Assembly: GCA_904063045.1 (NCBI GenBank)
Contig: CAJFCJ010000001.1
Coordinates: 124,001 to 188,000, forward strand
DNA length: 64,000 nucleotides
Direction: 5' to 3'
From: Dimorphilus gyrociliatus
Taxonomy: Eukaryota > Animalia > Annelida
The notes under the pieces were generated by a model. It was not told where the DNA came from. It worked only from the letters and a program-made list of their open reading frames with translations, and did no database searches. This document shows, in pieces, positions 36,104 to 52,786 of this stretch (position 1 is its first letter; each line of letters opens with the position of its first letter). A program made the position numbers and the translations under genes.

Positions 36104-38234
36104 GTTTATTAATTATTTTACTTGCTAAGTTAAGGGATATTTCTTTGCGACGTAATTTCAAAAACTTGACAGCTTCTCTCTCTCTCTCTTTTTTTTTTGT
36201 TTTTTTTTTCTTTTATCGAGTCATTTTTCATTTTCTCTACATAGTTTCATTTTCATTAATTAAATGTCGGCTAATTAATAAATGCCATTATCAATCGTTA
36301 ATTAGTGCATTTTCTTTAAAATTTTTTCCTTTTTCATTAGAAACCCTTTAGATAAAAATTGAAATGAATATGAAATTGACAAAAACTGAATGTTTTACCA
36401 AAATGTGTGACTTCAAATACAAACTAGAATTTACAAACCTTTCTCTTTATTATTTATACAAGCCTAAAGAGGCACAAAGTGTTCAAATGTTAATAAAACA
36501 TAAAATTATAAAAGATTGAGCGAAAGGAAAAGAACTTTTATAAAGGAGGAAGAGATAGAGAGAAGAAATAAAAAGTATAAAGCAATTGAATAATAACAAA
36601 TAGAGTTTTATGAATTCATAGATTTCTTCGAAAATGCTCAATTAAAGAAGAATTAAATCGAGTTTTGTGTAATATACTTTTAAGAACCTTTTATTTTCAA
36701 GCCTTGAACATTTTACTCTAATTTACTTTTGCCTTAGGGAATGTTTGAATTATGTTTTCAGTTATTGCATTTTAGTACATCTAAGTAGTTCTTAAATGCA
36801 ATTTCTGTCTAAAATTTTAGTCAAATACCGTTTAAATTTAAGCTATTCAATTAACATCATATTTTATAAATAGTTAAATTCTATAATTGAAATTAATGAT
36901 TTAAAAAAAAATAGCTTCGATTTTGCTTAAACCAAAAGAATGAATGACTATATTTATCTATATAAATTTAACAAAACCAATATCTTTTCAAAGGAAAATA
37001 AACCATTCATACATTAATATTAGTTTAAAGTTTTTAAATGTATAGAATTCTGTTGTACTAAAATCTTATATTAGATACAAACTTTCATAAAAGAATAAAT
37101 GAGAAAATCTCATTGATATATTGCTCAAGCGAAAAAATTCGTGGATTATACTCTTCTTAGTTGTATAGATATGATTATTATTTAACTACATGGTGCCGGA
37201 ATTGGTTGAAAATATATATACAAATAGTTTTGGCACACTTTTTTCTTCGATTTCGCTAACTAAGCCTCTTGAAGAAGTAGTTTTTTCTTTGTATTTTTTT
37301 AATTGTAAAGAAAGAGCGGCTAATTCAAAAAATAAGTAAAAGATAAACAGTTTGCTCGTGTCATAGTGAAAATATGGGCAATTGTCCAAAAATAATCTTT
37401 AATATAGTTATTTCACTAAACACATAGTAACAAATTAACAATGAACCACATTATCCAAATTTGTAGGTAAATGTTGCTAAGTGTCTTGTAGAGATTGAAT
37501 AATGAATGTATGTGATCTTTTCGCGTTACAGCTTTTTGACACCCTTTTAGCAAATTTATGCTCGTTGTACCTATTAACGCACTATTAAATTAAGGCCAAA
37601 GTAATAGACGTTTTAAAGTTTCTATTTACCATATCAGATTCAGCTGTAGATTTCTCTTGCCAAAGATGCCTAAAAGCAAAAAGATAATTACCAAATGCTT
37701 ATTCCTACTTCTCACCTGTAATTATTAATCTGTGACACTTTCAAAGAAAAAAAACCTGATTAGAAATACTGTCTTACAGTAAGAAAGATAAAAAACGTGG
37801 TTGTTGAAATAACCTGAAATTTGATAATCAATTGCAAAAGTAACGATATATTTAATATATTTACTTTATATAACCTAAAATTTATCTTGAGAACTTTCTT
37901 GAAAGAATGAGCAATTATTAAAATACTACGTCATAGAACTGTTACGAAATGTGATATGGAAACAAAACTTTATTAAGTTTTCTTAGTGTCAACAAGCACT
38001 TTTCTAAATGTTTAATCTCGTGCTGCTTTGTATATTAGCAAAGGATATGTAAGCTTCGGCGAAATAGTCGCTAAAACCATTAAGCAGCTTAACTGAGTCC
38101 TTTATGTTGATTTAGAAAAAAATTTCTTTTGGTCAGAGGGTCACCTTTTCATGCGATTGACGTAAGAGATATCACTCGGTGTTGAGTCGTCATTTGGGTG
38201 AAAAGTATTACCTTGTACTTACTGGTCTTCAAAA

Positions 38235-41437
<3,203 letters not shown>

Positions 41438-42020
41438 AGTAGAATAGCTCACGTAACTGTTCTATAATCAGTGATACTCTTCGTTAAACGCCGTGAAAAG
41501 TTCATAAAACTCGTGACTGTGTATAATAAATAAGAAACTTTTACTTTTATTTCATTACACAGAACGACAAGAATCGAATTTTTTTCGGCAATCCTTTAGA
41601 ATTTTTCTTGTTATATCTTTCCTTATAATTCCTATAGGTTTGGTTTCTATTACTGATCTTAAGCACTTTACAAAAGTTTCATATTTCCCGACAAAAAGTC
41701 AAACTGACTACTTGATTGAAAGTTTTACTTGACAAATTATATTTTCTCCTGAATTCAGTATTTCTTATTTTATGCTATAATACATCAAACTTAATTAGCA
41801 AACAAGAATTTTGGTTTCATTTAAACATTCGATCAATAGATGGCGTAAAAGTGGTATTTTTTATACTTCTTTTCTCTTTTTTTCTTCTGCCCCTTCATTT
41901 TTTTTTGTCATTCTATTCCCGAACTGATAATTTTCCTTTTTGATTATTTAAAAAAGGAAAACAGGGCACGAGTAAAAAAAAAGGAAAGTGAATCGATAAT
42001 TAATGGGATATGAAAAATCA

Positions 42021-45000
42021 TTATAGAGTAATTTGTTTTTTACCGGATTTTTCATATAATTTTCGTCGTAGGCTGAGAAATGGTTTAGGAATACGATTTC
42101 TATACATAAAAGAGAAAGTTGTAGATCTTCTATTCTTGAAAATAGACGAACGACTACCCTTAACTTCATTATTTCCTTGGAACCAGGGACTTGTTATAAA
42201 GAAAAAGATAGAGAAAATAGAGAAATAAAAGTAATTCAAAAGATAAATAAATTTTAGAGAATCCTTTGAAAAGAACTCATTAAAATACTTATATTGGCTT
42301 TTTTTATATAATAATTGAAGAGAAATATTTTTAACTAACTCATTTTCTCCGCCCATCTTATCTTCATCTTCATCCTCGTCGATTATGTTTCTCTTATCAA
42401 CCTTTCTCCTCCGTTCGTCTTCTTGTAAAGTACTCTGCTGAAGTAGGGTTGATAAGGCATGAGCATCATGGACAATATCGACACTTTGTTGCCTTATTTG
42501 ACGCATTTTTGATTTTTCTCTACAGGAGAATAAATGTACGTGATTGTATAATTATAATATTAATTAAGAACGAAAAACACAATGTATAGGCAAGGATATA
42601 AGAGAGTTAACGTTGAAAAGAAGTAGATTTTTGCATCCTAATAAATTATCTTATAGAGAGCAAATTAATTAAGTACGAAGTAGGCCTATTTGAATTTAAG
42701 AAGAATAAATCGTGTGGACTAAAAGGTCTTACAATAATTCCCTATAGATTTCATTAAGATTTTTCATCTTTCCCTTTTTGTCGGACGATTCTTTAAGGAC
42801 ATCTCTTTGGGCTAACAGTTCAGCTTGAAGTAATTTCCAGTATCTTCTTAACATTTTATCTTCAACACCAGCTAATTCAACTCTTAAGTGCTTGCTCAAT
42901 AGATTATCGTCTACGTAACGAAAAATAGAGTGAAAAGCGTTGTCACCCTTTTGTCCAACAAGAATTTGAATGGCTTGTAAAACATGATTAGTTAACTGTT
43001 TGTTAATTTCCTCAAACATAGTAACTTCTTTTATAGCTTTATCTATGCCGAACAAATCCACCAAAGGCTTAACCGTTGTTCCCTTAGACCAAAGAAAATA
43101 TTAATATAAAAGGATTAAGTAAAGCAACGAGCCTACTATAAAGAAGAAATCAATTCTCCTATTATGAATACCTGAACGAATACAGTGAAAACAATAACTG
43201 TGAAAGTAGCAGTTAGGAACGTGTACTTATGAACATTCGATGAAGGAATATTTACTCCTATTGCGTAAGAAACTGCTCCTCTAATACCTCCATAGAAAAT
43301 AATAAATTGCTCCCTTACTGAAACCTTTCGAAAACGATAAGTTTTGTTAGCAACAGCTGTAATACCAAACACTGAAATTGCTCTTGCTATGAAGCATAGA
43401 AATATTGTCCAAGCAATTAATGGTCCATCGAACGTATGTTTCGTCTTAATTACTTCCAGTCCGAGTAGCATAAAAATTATTGTGTCGCTAAGTGTTGCCA
43501 ACATTTTCATAAAATATTTTACTGTTGTAAAGCTCTTCTTACTGTTAAAATAGTAATCTTTTTATTAAGAGGAAATTTCCCACGTTCTAAGATATCTTTA
43601 TACCTTATATTATCCATTGCATAGAAACTTTGTAAAAGTCCACAACCAATCATCGATATCATTCCTGACCAGTGTAGGGTTTCAGCTACCAAATAAGACA
43701 TATGGGCCAAAGCTATTATGCACAATGGTTCAATAACCCTTACTTCCTTAGTGAACTTGGTAATTACGGCTGTAAAGAGGCCACAAATAACTCCGATCGA
43801 AAGGCTTCCTAACGATGTTACAAAGAATGATAGGATCCCTAGAACGACCTGTATTAAGGGCATTAGTTAGATATTAAATCGTTCACCGGAAGAAGCACTT
43901 TGGATCCTTGAGTTCTAATTATTTTACTTAATTATTGTCGGTAAAAATTTGTATAATTAGTGTAAAAGATTCCGATGCGTAAAAGAGAGAAAATGAGCTA
44001 ATTTTGATTTTATCAACCTGAACTAGATCAAAGCTGCTGGCATCTTGATATTCCATGAGCATATTTGCCAGAACAAGTGTTACGGCGTCATTTAACAGAC
44101 TCTCCCCAAGGACAAGAAAATACAAAGTCTGATTAACTCCCACCTCTTGAAAAATCGCAAGTACAGCTACAGGATCAACAGCAGCCAATAGAGCGGAGAA
44201 AAGGAGTAAGTCTGAAAGAGGAGCACGAAATGATCCAACCGCCCCAGATAATGATAAGAAATATAGTGACGGTCCTATAATAATCCAATTTAGTAACGTA
44301 GCTTGTACAGAGAATATTAGAATCGTTCCGATATTGTCATAGAAACTCCGATCATTTAGCGTATAGGCACTATCAAGAACTATTCTTTTAAATTAATACA
44401 TAAAGAACAATTATTTACTCTGTGTTATTATTTAAATAATATATTAGATATCTCTTTAGATTTATTCATGTTTTACTAGATTTTTAATGCTTTAAGTTAT
44501 TCTATAACTTACGGGGGAAGTAGATAAATTATGAATAAATCATGAGTTAATTCAAATTCATGATTTTCATCCAAATATCCATAGCTATTATTATTAAAAA
44601 GTAGAAAAAAGAGAAATGGTTAATATATATATATATATATATAAAGGATGTTGTAATCCTATAAAGGGATAATTTCGAAAGAGAGAAAAAGTATTGTAAA
44701 GGAAAACCTTCTGTGAAAAAGTCTCTCTGCTCATTACAATTTATTTTTAAATATGATAAAGAAATTGTAAAGGAAATATTATAAATTATCAATAAATGAA
44801 GAAATATTAAGTTTCTTCGCAAAAGACTTGATTTATCCTTAGGTTATAAACTATATAATTTCATCCTTTTAGCAGCAAACGACTGGATAACCGGTTAATG
44901 TTTGCTAAATTTTCTTTTTCTAATTACAAATATCGACAGAAGATAAAGTTGATTGAACAAACTTTATTTTCTTTAGTAATATTAAAAAAATAAGGCAAAC

Positions 45001-46077
45001 TATAATGATAATTGGAAGATCGGTTATAAGAGAAGATAAAGAAGATAGTTCTGTTTCTCTCTATCCAATGCTCTTTTCTTTTCCTCAATTTTTAACAAAT
45101 GTGTGAAAGTTTAAAAACCTAATCACGTATTTCGTGTAGCATTACCTTAACGAGTTTACTAATCAAATCATAGGCCTTCGTTACTTTTTACAACTATGGC
45201 CATTTGAGGAAAGCAGAAAAAGAAATACTATATATAATAATACAAACTGTATTAATAGTCCGGCAGCTATACCAAGTAGAATCAGAACGCTAAATATATA
45301 AAATATAGAAATTTATAGGTGCCTATGCAAATGAAGATAGTAAACAATGATATCTTACCAAGATTCCGGAAATAATGCACTTAAACAATACGCTTTGTGA
45401 AAGACTGAAAAAGTACAAAAGTCATCTATTAGCTTGACCCCATTACTATTGATATTTTCAATTTGTTTTCTTTCATACGAACATATACTACTTATATATA
45501 AACTTATATATATATATATATATATAGTATATACTAATATATATGTAGATTAAATGTATTGAGATACATTTAACTTATATAGTATACAGTATATTGCAGG
45601 GAGATTACTAGAGAATATTTTACATAGATTGTTCACAAATTTTTGGGCGTCTAATCTTACGTATCTTAACAATAGCAGCTGCTATTGCAAATAGTGTAAT
45701 AATAACTGGTATCCTTGTTGATTCCCAATGAATTTTAACTAACGATATTCCACTACGATTGTTCGACTTTGATGTAAAATCTGTTAAGTACTCTAATTGA
45801 CTGAGGAAATAATAGGTTAACAAAACAAAAATATATCCTATTGATTTTGATATTTATAATCTGATGGTAGATTATCTTACTTATTAATTTTCCTACTGAA
45901 CTAGGATTAGAGATTTTTGACGCGTTATCAATCGATTTCCCAATACATATCAACGAGAAAGAGAGTACCAAAATTCTAAAACGAGTATTATTTGTTAAAC
46001 ATGCCTTTTATAGTTTTATAAACGCTTTTAGAATATTCTTACAATGTTTGTCCGACTTTTTTTACAGAGTTTACCAT
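42021..46077 (-). CDS. Sodium/hydrogen exchanger (SLC9A/NHE, plasma-membrane type), about 11-12 exons
   Basis: Spliced motifs: IVKILFH...FPESC, IYLLPPIVLDSAY, AVDPVAVLAIF, GESLLNDAV, WSGMIS, YGGIRGAVS, VFVQGTTVKPLV and a cytoplasmic tail. The first coding exon is probably just ATG (46077-46075), followed by a 70-nt intron and a signal-like segment. The 5' exon boundaries are less certain. Confidence 0.9.
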
Positions 46078-46290
46078 TTCGAAGATAGAAATGGTGACGT
46101 TTCGGAAATTTAAAAGAACTTGATTTATTAAGCCTACGACAATCTAGGCAGCTAACAATACGATACAATTTATACCAAATAATGGAATAATACGCGTGAG
46201 TAATGCAAGAAGGGAATATCATTATAATAATTATTCGAAAATGTTTTGTATGCAGCGTCACCTGGCAAGTGACGTCTGGCATTTTTCGTC

Positions 46291-49200
46291 ATGAACGAGG
46301 CGAGTATTGATATCTTTTCTGAGAAAGAATTATTTACATTTATTACTAAGTTTTTCTTTAATTATAACAAAGAAAACAAAACAAATAATTTGTAATATTT
46401 CTATACTATTCATTTCGATTACTCTTAATAAATATTGTTTATAATTTATAGGACGATTTACGACAAGGTCACGTACTAAATGCTCTGTTTGACAAGGTTT
46501 GTAGAATAATTTTTTTAATGAGATTACGCGATGGCTGACATATGTTTGTCATTTCAAAATGAATTTAAGGAGAAACCTAAGAGAATATCATTAAATTTAA
46601 GGGAAGGGATGTAATTTATTAATATTTTACAAGATTATATTATATATAGATATATACATGTAAAGCGCTAAATACTATCCATATATTGCATACCGCATGT
46701 ATGCTGTATAGGGTTACTAATTTTAAAGAAATTTTTATATAATATATCTTAAAGTTATTAGTAGTGCTTATACCATGTAAACTATTACGTTCCCTTTGAT
46801 ATTTACTTGGACGTTATAGGATATTTATGATAACGTATTTTAGAAGAAACTTTGTCAATTATTCCCTCCTCTTTTTCTCAATCTTTCTTTCCCTAAATGC
46901 ATATATAATATATGTATATACTACTAATCCTTTTGAAAAATGAGGGACCTACTCCTTAATTAGATGTAACTATACAAAAATGGTTTAATTATATTTTAAG
47001 CATATTTAAAAAATTGATATTTTTTTATAGTTTTAATTGGATTTCTCTTCTTATAATTTTGTTATTTTCTTTTTTTTGTTAGCTTTCGGCCAAATAGTTT
47101 TTTTTTCCTTTTATCTTCGTTTTTCTATTTAAAATAACGGCAAAACACTTTTTTAATAAAAAAGAAACATAGCCATTTTTTTCTTTCATTTAATAAAAGT
47201 TTAAAAACAGAAAACAAGGAAAAAGAAACGCAGGGAGATGCTCTAACAAAGTTTTATTGATATATTAATTCAACAATTTATGAAATGTTGAGAAACATAA
47301 ATAGATCTACATGACGTCATAAAGTACAATTTCTTTTTATGCTTTGTAATCCCAAAACGGCATACACTCGTTTCTATTTTCTATTTTATCGTTTTATGAT
47401 GCAAACTGTAAAAAATATCAAAATTATACAAGTAAATATAATGATACCTACTATGATTTTGTTCTTTAATGACGTTGCTAATCACAAAGGAAAATAGGAA
47501 AAAGTTTTGTCAGGATTTGACAAAGTTTGGTCGTGATATGAGGATTAAATTTCTTTATAAGCTTTAATAGGAATAATAGTATTAAGTATATAGACAACTA
47601 TAATATATACATAGATACTGTACATAGTATGTTGTTATTTAATAGCTGTAATAAGACTCGGTATAATTTAAAATAAAATATAGCATATTGTCAAATATAC
47701 ATTTTATATATTGCGTATAAAATCCTATAGGGCAGCGTACACGTTGTCGACTTTCTACGATTATGGTTCCATTACGACAAGGTAATATATAGTTTTCCTA
47801 TATGTATATTGTCACTTTACACATACGAATCAATTACACATTAAAAATACCTGCAACCAATTTAATCTCGGATCTTTAATTTGTTTTTGTTTTCGTTCAT
47901 TTTAAGGATCGTAGCGGTTTCATTGAACGAGATGAGCTGGAACAATTTGCTGCCGACTTAATTCGCAAACAAGGAGTAGTAAGCTTTGATAACAAATCCA
48001 ACTCATATTTTCTTAGTTATATGAAAAACAAATTATTCATAACTTTTCGTATTAGAAAAATATTATACTTTATAAATATTTATCTATAATTTTCGTTATT
48101 TTTCCTTCCCGCATCTAAATATCAGAAAGAATCGACACCCGAAGCCGTTGGGGCAGCTACGAGACTATTTTTGAAGATGTTTGATAGGAATAGAGATAAA
48201 AGAATCGAGTTGGGAGAATTTGCCGAGTAAGTACTACTCATCTTCAGAACATACCTACGTCTCTTTTTTTACGATTTCTAAGTAGACGATAATCTAAATA
48301 TAAGAAACGAATTTCTCAGCCTATATTGTAGTTAAGTACTAACTAGTGTATTTTAACTCTTAGTTAAGTTCGTTATATCCTTTAATTACTTTGAAATTGC
48401 TGAAAAGACAAAACAAAAAGAGACAAAAGAAGTAAAGGAAATACAAAAAAAGTAACTGATAAAGCAAAGGACAAAAAAGACTTGTAGGTTAAGGAGAAGG
48501 GAATAAAGAGGTTTAGAAAGAGAGAAGGGCATTAAAAATTAGTAAGAGAGAAGTTAAGAGATTAGAAGAAGGTAACGATTGTTTAAGAAATGGAGATGAA
48601 GTGAATAAATGAGAGAAAACAGGGTATCTTAGAAGAGTGTAATATACAAGTACACTTTTACGATTGCTCTCCTTTCTCTATAACATGTATAGAAAAACCA
48701 CAAAAAGTATACCCTATTCATATCTTCTTCTTACAATATATAAAGAAAGACCTAAAGTTTGAAAACTATATGAAAATTAGCTAAGTTGTGCTAAAAGATC
48801 AGAAGGTATTCAGCGCAAAGAGATAGAGAAGAGAAAAAATATAAAAGGGAACTTGTTTATTCCTAAAACTGAATAGAGACGTTCTATTATGCTAAATATA
48901 TAATCAAAGAGTGTTCCTTCTACCTTACCTTCGTACGTCTTCCTAAAAATTAAGGTAGTAACGAGATCCTGACATAAACCTCTTTTAAACGCAATACAAT
49001 AGTTATAATATAATAACCAGTTCCTTCCTATTCTTAAGGATGCTATTCCTAATCTCATATTCTAAATTCTCAACTCCTTATTTAGGAATTAAATCAAGAA
49101 AGTTAATACATTAAAAAGAAAATAGCTTTCATTTTACTTAAGATTCTCATCCAGCTCCTTGTGTCCATCGTCTCTCTTCTCCATCCAACAAATGAAATCA

Positions 49201-50353
49201 TTTGGGAGAATAAAATACTCTTTTTTTTGTCCTAAATTAATTACCAAATTTCTAGTCATTAACGCCAACTCACTTGAGGTACACTTCATTTACTAATAAA
49301 TATATTGACAACGCTCTAATTGGATAATGATTAAGGATAAAAAGGGGATTATTAAGATATTTATAAGTAATTAAAAATATCCTAATTAATTTGAAAATAT
49401 GAAAAAGTAAGTTAAACATCTAAAATTCATAAATACATTGATGGAAAAACTTTTATTTGAATGTCATACTACCTTATCACCGACTCTATCTTTGGCTCTT
49501 TTACACCCTCATACATATACAGTATATACAGTATATATAAATACTTTCTATCTCCTCCTCTTAGGATTATATTCACTGACGAGCAATGGACACCATTCGA
49601 TCTACGTGACAAGTTAAGCAAAAGAGATTTCGACGAAATATTCAACTACTATGATAAGGACGGAAGCGAATATTTGGAATGTGGTGAAATGAGAGATTTT
49701 TTGAAAGACATCACTGTCAAAATTGGTCAGGTAAATAGAACATTTTATCAACACACTAGTAAACTTGTAAGGATATTACATTAATCCATAAAATATTGAA
49801 ATAACCCTCTACTTAATCGTGTATTTTAATATAATTATCGAACAATTATAAATATTAATAAAATAGTCAGTCGTTTTAAAAAGAACGCCTCAAACATTGA
49901 CAATATTAACAAACAATTCAAGAAAACACTTATTATACAGGAAATGTTTACTGAGCTCAACGTCTATTCATTCAACGCATCATTATATATTCATACAAAA
50001 AACAAAGAATGATATTTTTATACGTATTGAAAGTTTTTAAGTTTGAACACATTCATATTTATACTAAATAACACGTTTACTGAAGTACCGTATTACAAAC
50101 ACTTTATCTTGTTTGTATATCAATGACGTTTTTGATGGAATGGGAATGGAAAAATTCAATAGTATCTCACTTTGCGCAAATAGAATAAACGAAGTAAAAT
50201 TTATTCCACGTTTTATATCGATTATCCATACAGGTACCCACAAAGCGTCAATTAGAGGAACAAACGGCCGTCTTCTTCCGTCTCTACGATACGGACAAGA
50301 ACGGAAAACTATCGAGAGATGAACTTCGATTTTTGCTGACAAACAAGAAATAA
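46291..50353 (+). CDS. Four-EF-hand calcium-binding protein, calbindin/secretagogin (Cbp53E)-like, about 187 aa, 7 exons
   Basis: Exons 46291-46299 (GC donor), 46452-46496, 47731-47781, 47907-47978, 48126-48226, 49565-49730 and 50234-50353. EF loops are DKDRSGFIERDE, DRNRDKRIELGE, DKDGSEYLECGE and DTDKNGKLSRDE. FLRLWFHYDKD is the calbindin-family signature. The first two exons are inferred. Confidence 0.83.
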
Positions 50354-52786
50354 TAAAACTCTTCATTTTCCATTTAATTCTATTCCCAATCGTTATTCCA
50401 CATTACCTAAATGCGTAAATCTCACTGTTGTAACGTTTTAGATAATTAGACGTAATTTCTCTATAATAGGAATTTAAGCTGTTGTGTAAATGATATATAA
50501 TAGAAGTAACATTTTCACTATAGTTGTAAAACAGTTGTGAATGCATCTTAAATGAAGAGGAAAAATAGAAGAAGAAGAAGGGTAGAAGAGAGAAATTGTG
50601 GGAATAACGATAGATCAATAAATAATGAATAGACAAAACAAAACTTGGGCGTGCTGCTTGTTTTTTTTTTTCACTTAAAAAAAAATCTTTAATTAATATC
50701 CTGAATGGTAACACTTTCTAAACTATTAATTTTACTAGGGAAAAAGTAGAATTTGGTCTACGTCCTAAATGGATAGAATATAAGTCATTAATTCTACAAT
50801 AAGTGAATCAGAGGGGCTTTCGTGACCAAAAACATCTAGGCTTTTACTCTATTTCATTGATTATATTTAAATTTAACTTTCAACTAACTGTCTGTGGGCT
50901 ATTGACAACACATAATCAATCAAAATCTGATTGTTATTTAGACAGAATTTAATATAGTAAGTTTATAGTATAATCATAAATTATACCTAAAATAATTTAA
51001 TGCGAAATATTTAGTATTTACCTTATCAACACTTAGCCTAGCAACAATATTAATTGATAGTAAAAAGGTCTTGATTTCTATTTCTATTCTTTTTCTCGTT
51101 ATATATTCCATGGAAAAAGGGAAAAAAACGAGTTTTTTTTTAGTCTAAGAATTTATAATATTGAAAAATCTCTTCTAAATGTTATAATAGATAAAACATC
51201 TTGTATATGTATAGAGTAGAATTGAAATAAAAGCTCGTTCTTATAAATTATTACGTAAATAATCTATTTATATACCTAATAGAATAGAACAGAAAAAAAA
51301 GAGAGAAAGGAGTAAGAAAGAAAGAGAAGGGAAGGGAAGAGAAAAAATATACACACGTCTTTACCATAATGTACATAGGCAAAAGAATGAAAAATTTTAA
51401 TTATTCCGTGCAGAGTTAACAGAATTAACCACATTTGGTTTGATTAGAAATGGTACGATTGCGCCTTTTATTTTTTTAACCTAAAATTTGTTCTTCTAAC
51501 CAATTAATTTGTTCGTGATCACTTTCGTTTACCCTCTTTATTTAAAGAAAATAATTACAAGGTTTGTTCCCTTTATGCTTAAAAAAAGAGAAAATATTTC
51601 TAACAAAAAGCGATAGATGTCTAAACCTAATTGATTTATGTTTTATGGAAGAAAAAGGATAAAATGAGTCCTTTCCAAACAGAGTCTTAGCTTATTAACA
51701 CGTTTTTCCTCTTATAAGTCTTAATCAAGCAAAGACGTATTACAAAATAAAACATTATTTGTAAACTGATCAGATAGAGGTTTAATGGACAAGGGAAACA
51801 GGTTTAGTTCTCAAGTCATCAACATATTCTTACGAATTAGATATTCTACTGGGAAATTCTAGATCAGAAAACTGTAGTAATACTTATCTTTTCCTTGTTT
51901 ATACTGTTAGAGTTTATTGGATGAATTCTCTTTTAAGACAAAAAAATTGTCGTACAGTGTTCCTATATCAAATCTACAATAATTGTCTAGGGAGTACAAA
52001 ACTTTCAATGAGAAAATATAATTTGGATTGTCTTTTCCACTCTATCCTCTCTTCTTCTTCTCTTTTCTGACAAAGAATGAAATCATTACAGAAACTTTTA
52101 AGAGAAAGAAAGCATATCAATCGTTACTAATCTAATGAAATTTATGTATGATTGAAGAAATTCCTTTCTTATTTTCTTATTTCCATCTTTCTCATTCACC
52201 CTACAAAAACTCCTCCTTCCTCTTACCCTCTATCTCATTTATCTCTTTGTCTCTCCTATTCTTTTATTCATTTTACGAAAGTAAAATCATGGGGTTTTAA
52301 ATTTCCGATTCTAAAATTGATAATTCCCATAATTTTAAGTTATTAGCCTCCTGTAACACTTATGTTTTCCCGTTCCTCTCATAACTCTTCTTCCTTTCTA
52401 TTGAGAAATTAAAAAAGAACGCGAATAAAAAGGAAAACTACAATCAATCTTGCAAGATATTTAAGATGTGAAATATTATTGTTTATTGCATATAAAACTA
52501 GCGTTATTATTGTTCGAATTATTCTACTTTGAATAAACCTGCCGGTGCAAACATATATCTTCTTGCAAATATCTTTGTTTCATCTCCTGACAAACAGAGC
52601 CATCTGCTGGCTAAGGTAAAGTTTTTTCTACAACAATACCCCCATGTACTCCTTATAGATCCAATACTTTTATCATATGTTCCATACGTTTCGATGGAAT
52701 TAACATATAATTATCTACAACAATAAACTTGCACTACAATTAGAAACACAATCACAAACAAATAGAGAATCGACCCAATTAAAGTA

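Noticed and set aside
46531-46614. ATG-initiated MADICLSFQNEF... as first exon of the EF-hand gene
   Set aside because: Its only donor is phase 2 and does not fit the phase-0 exon at 47731.
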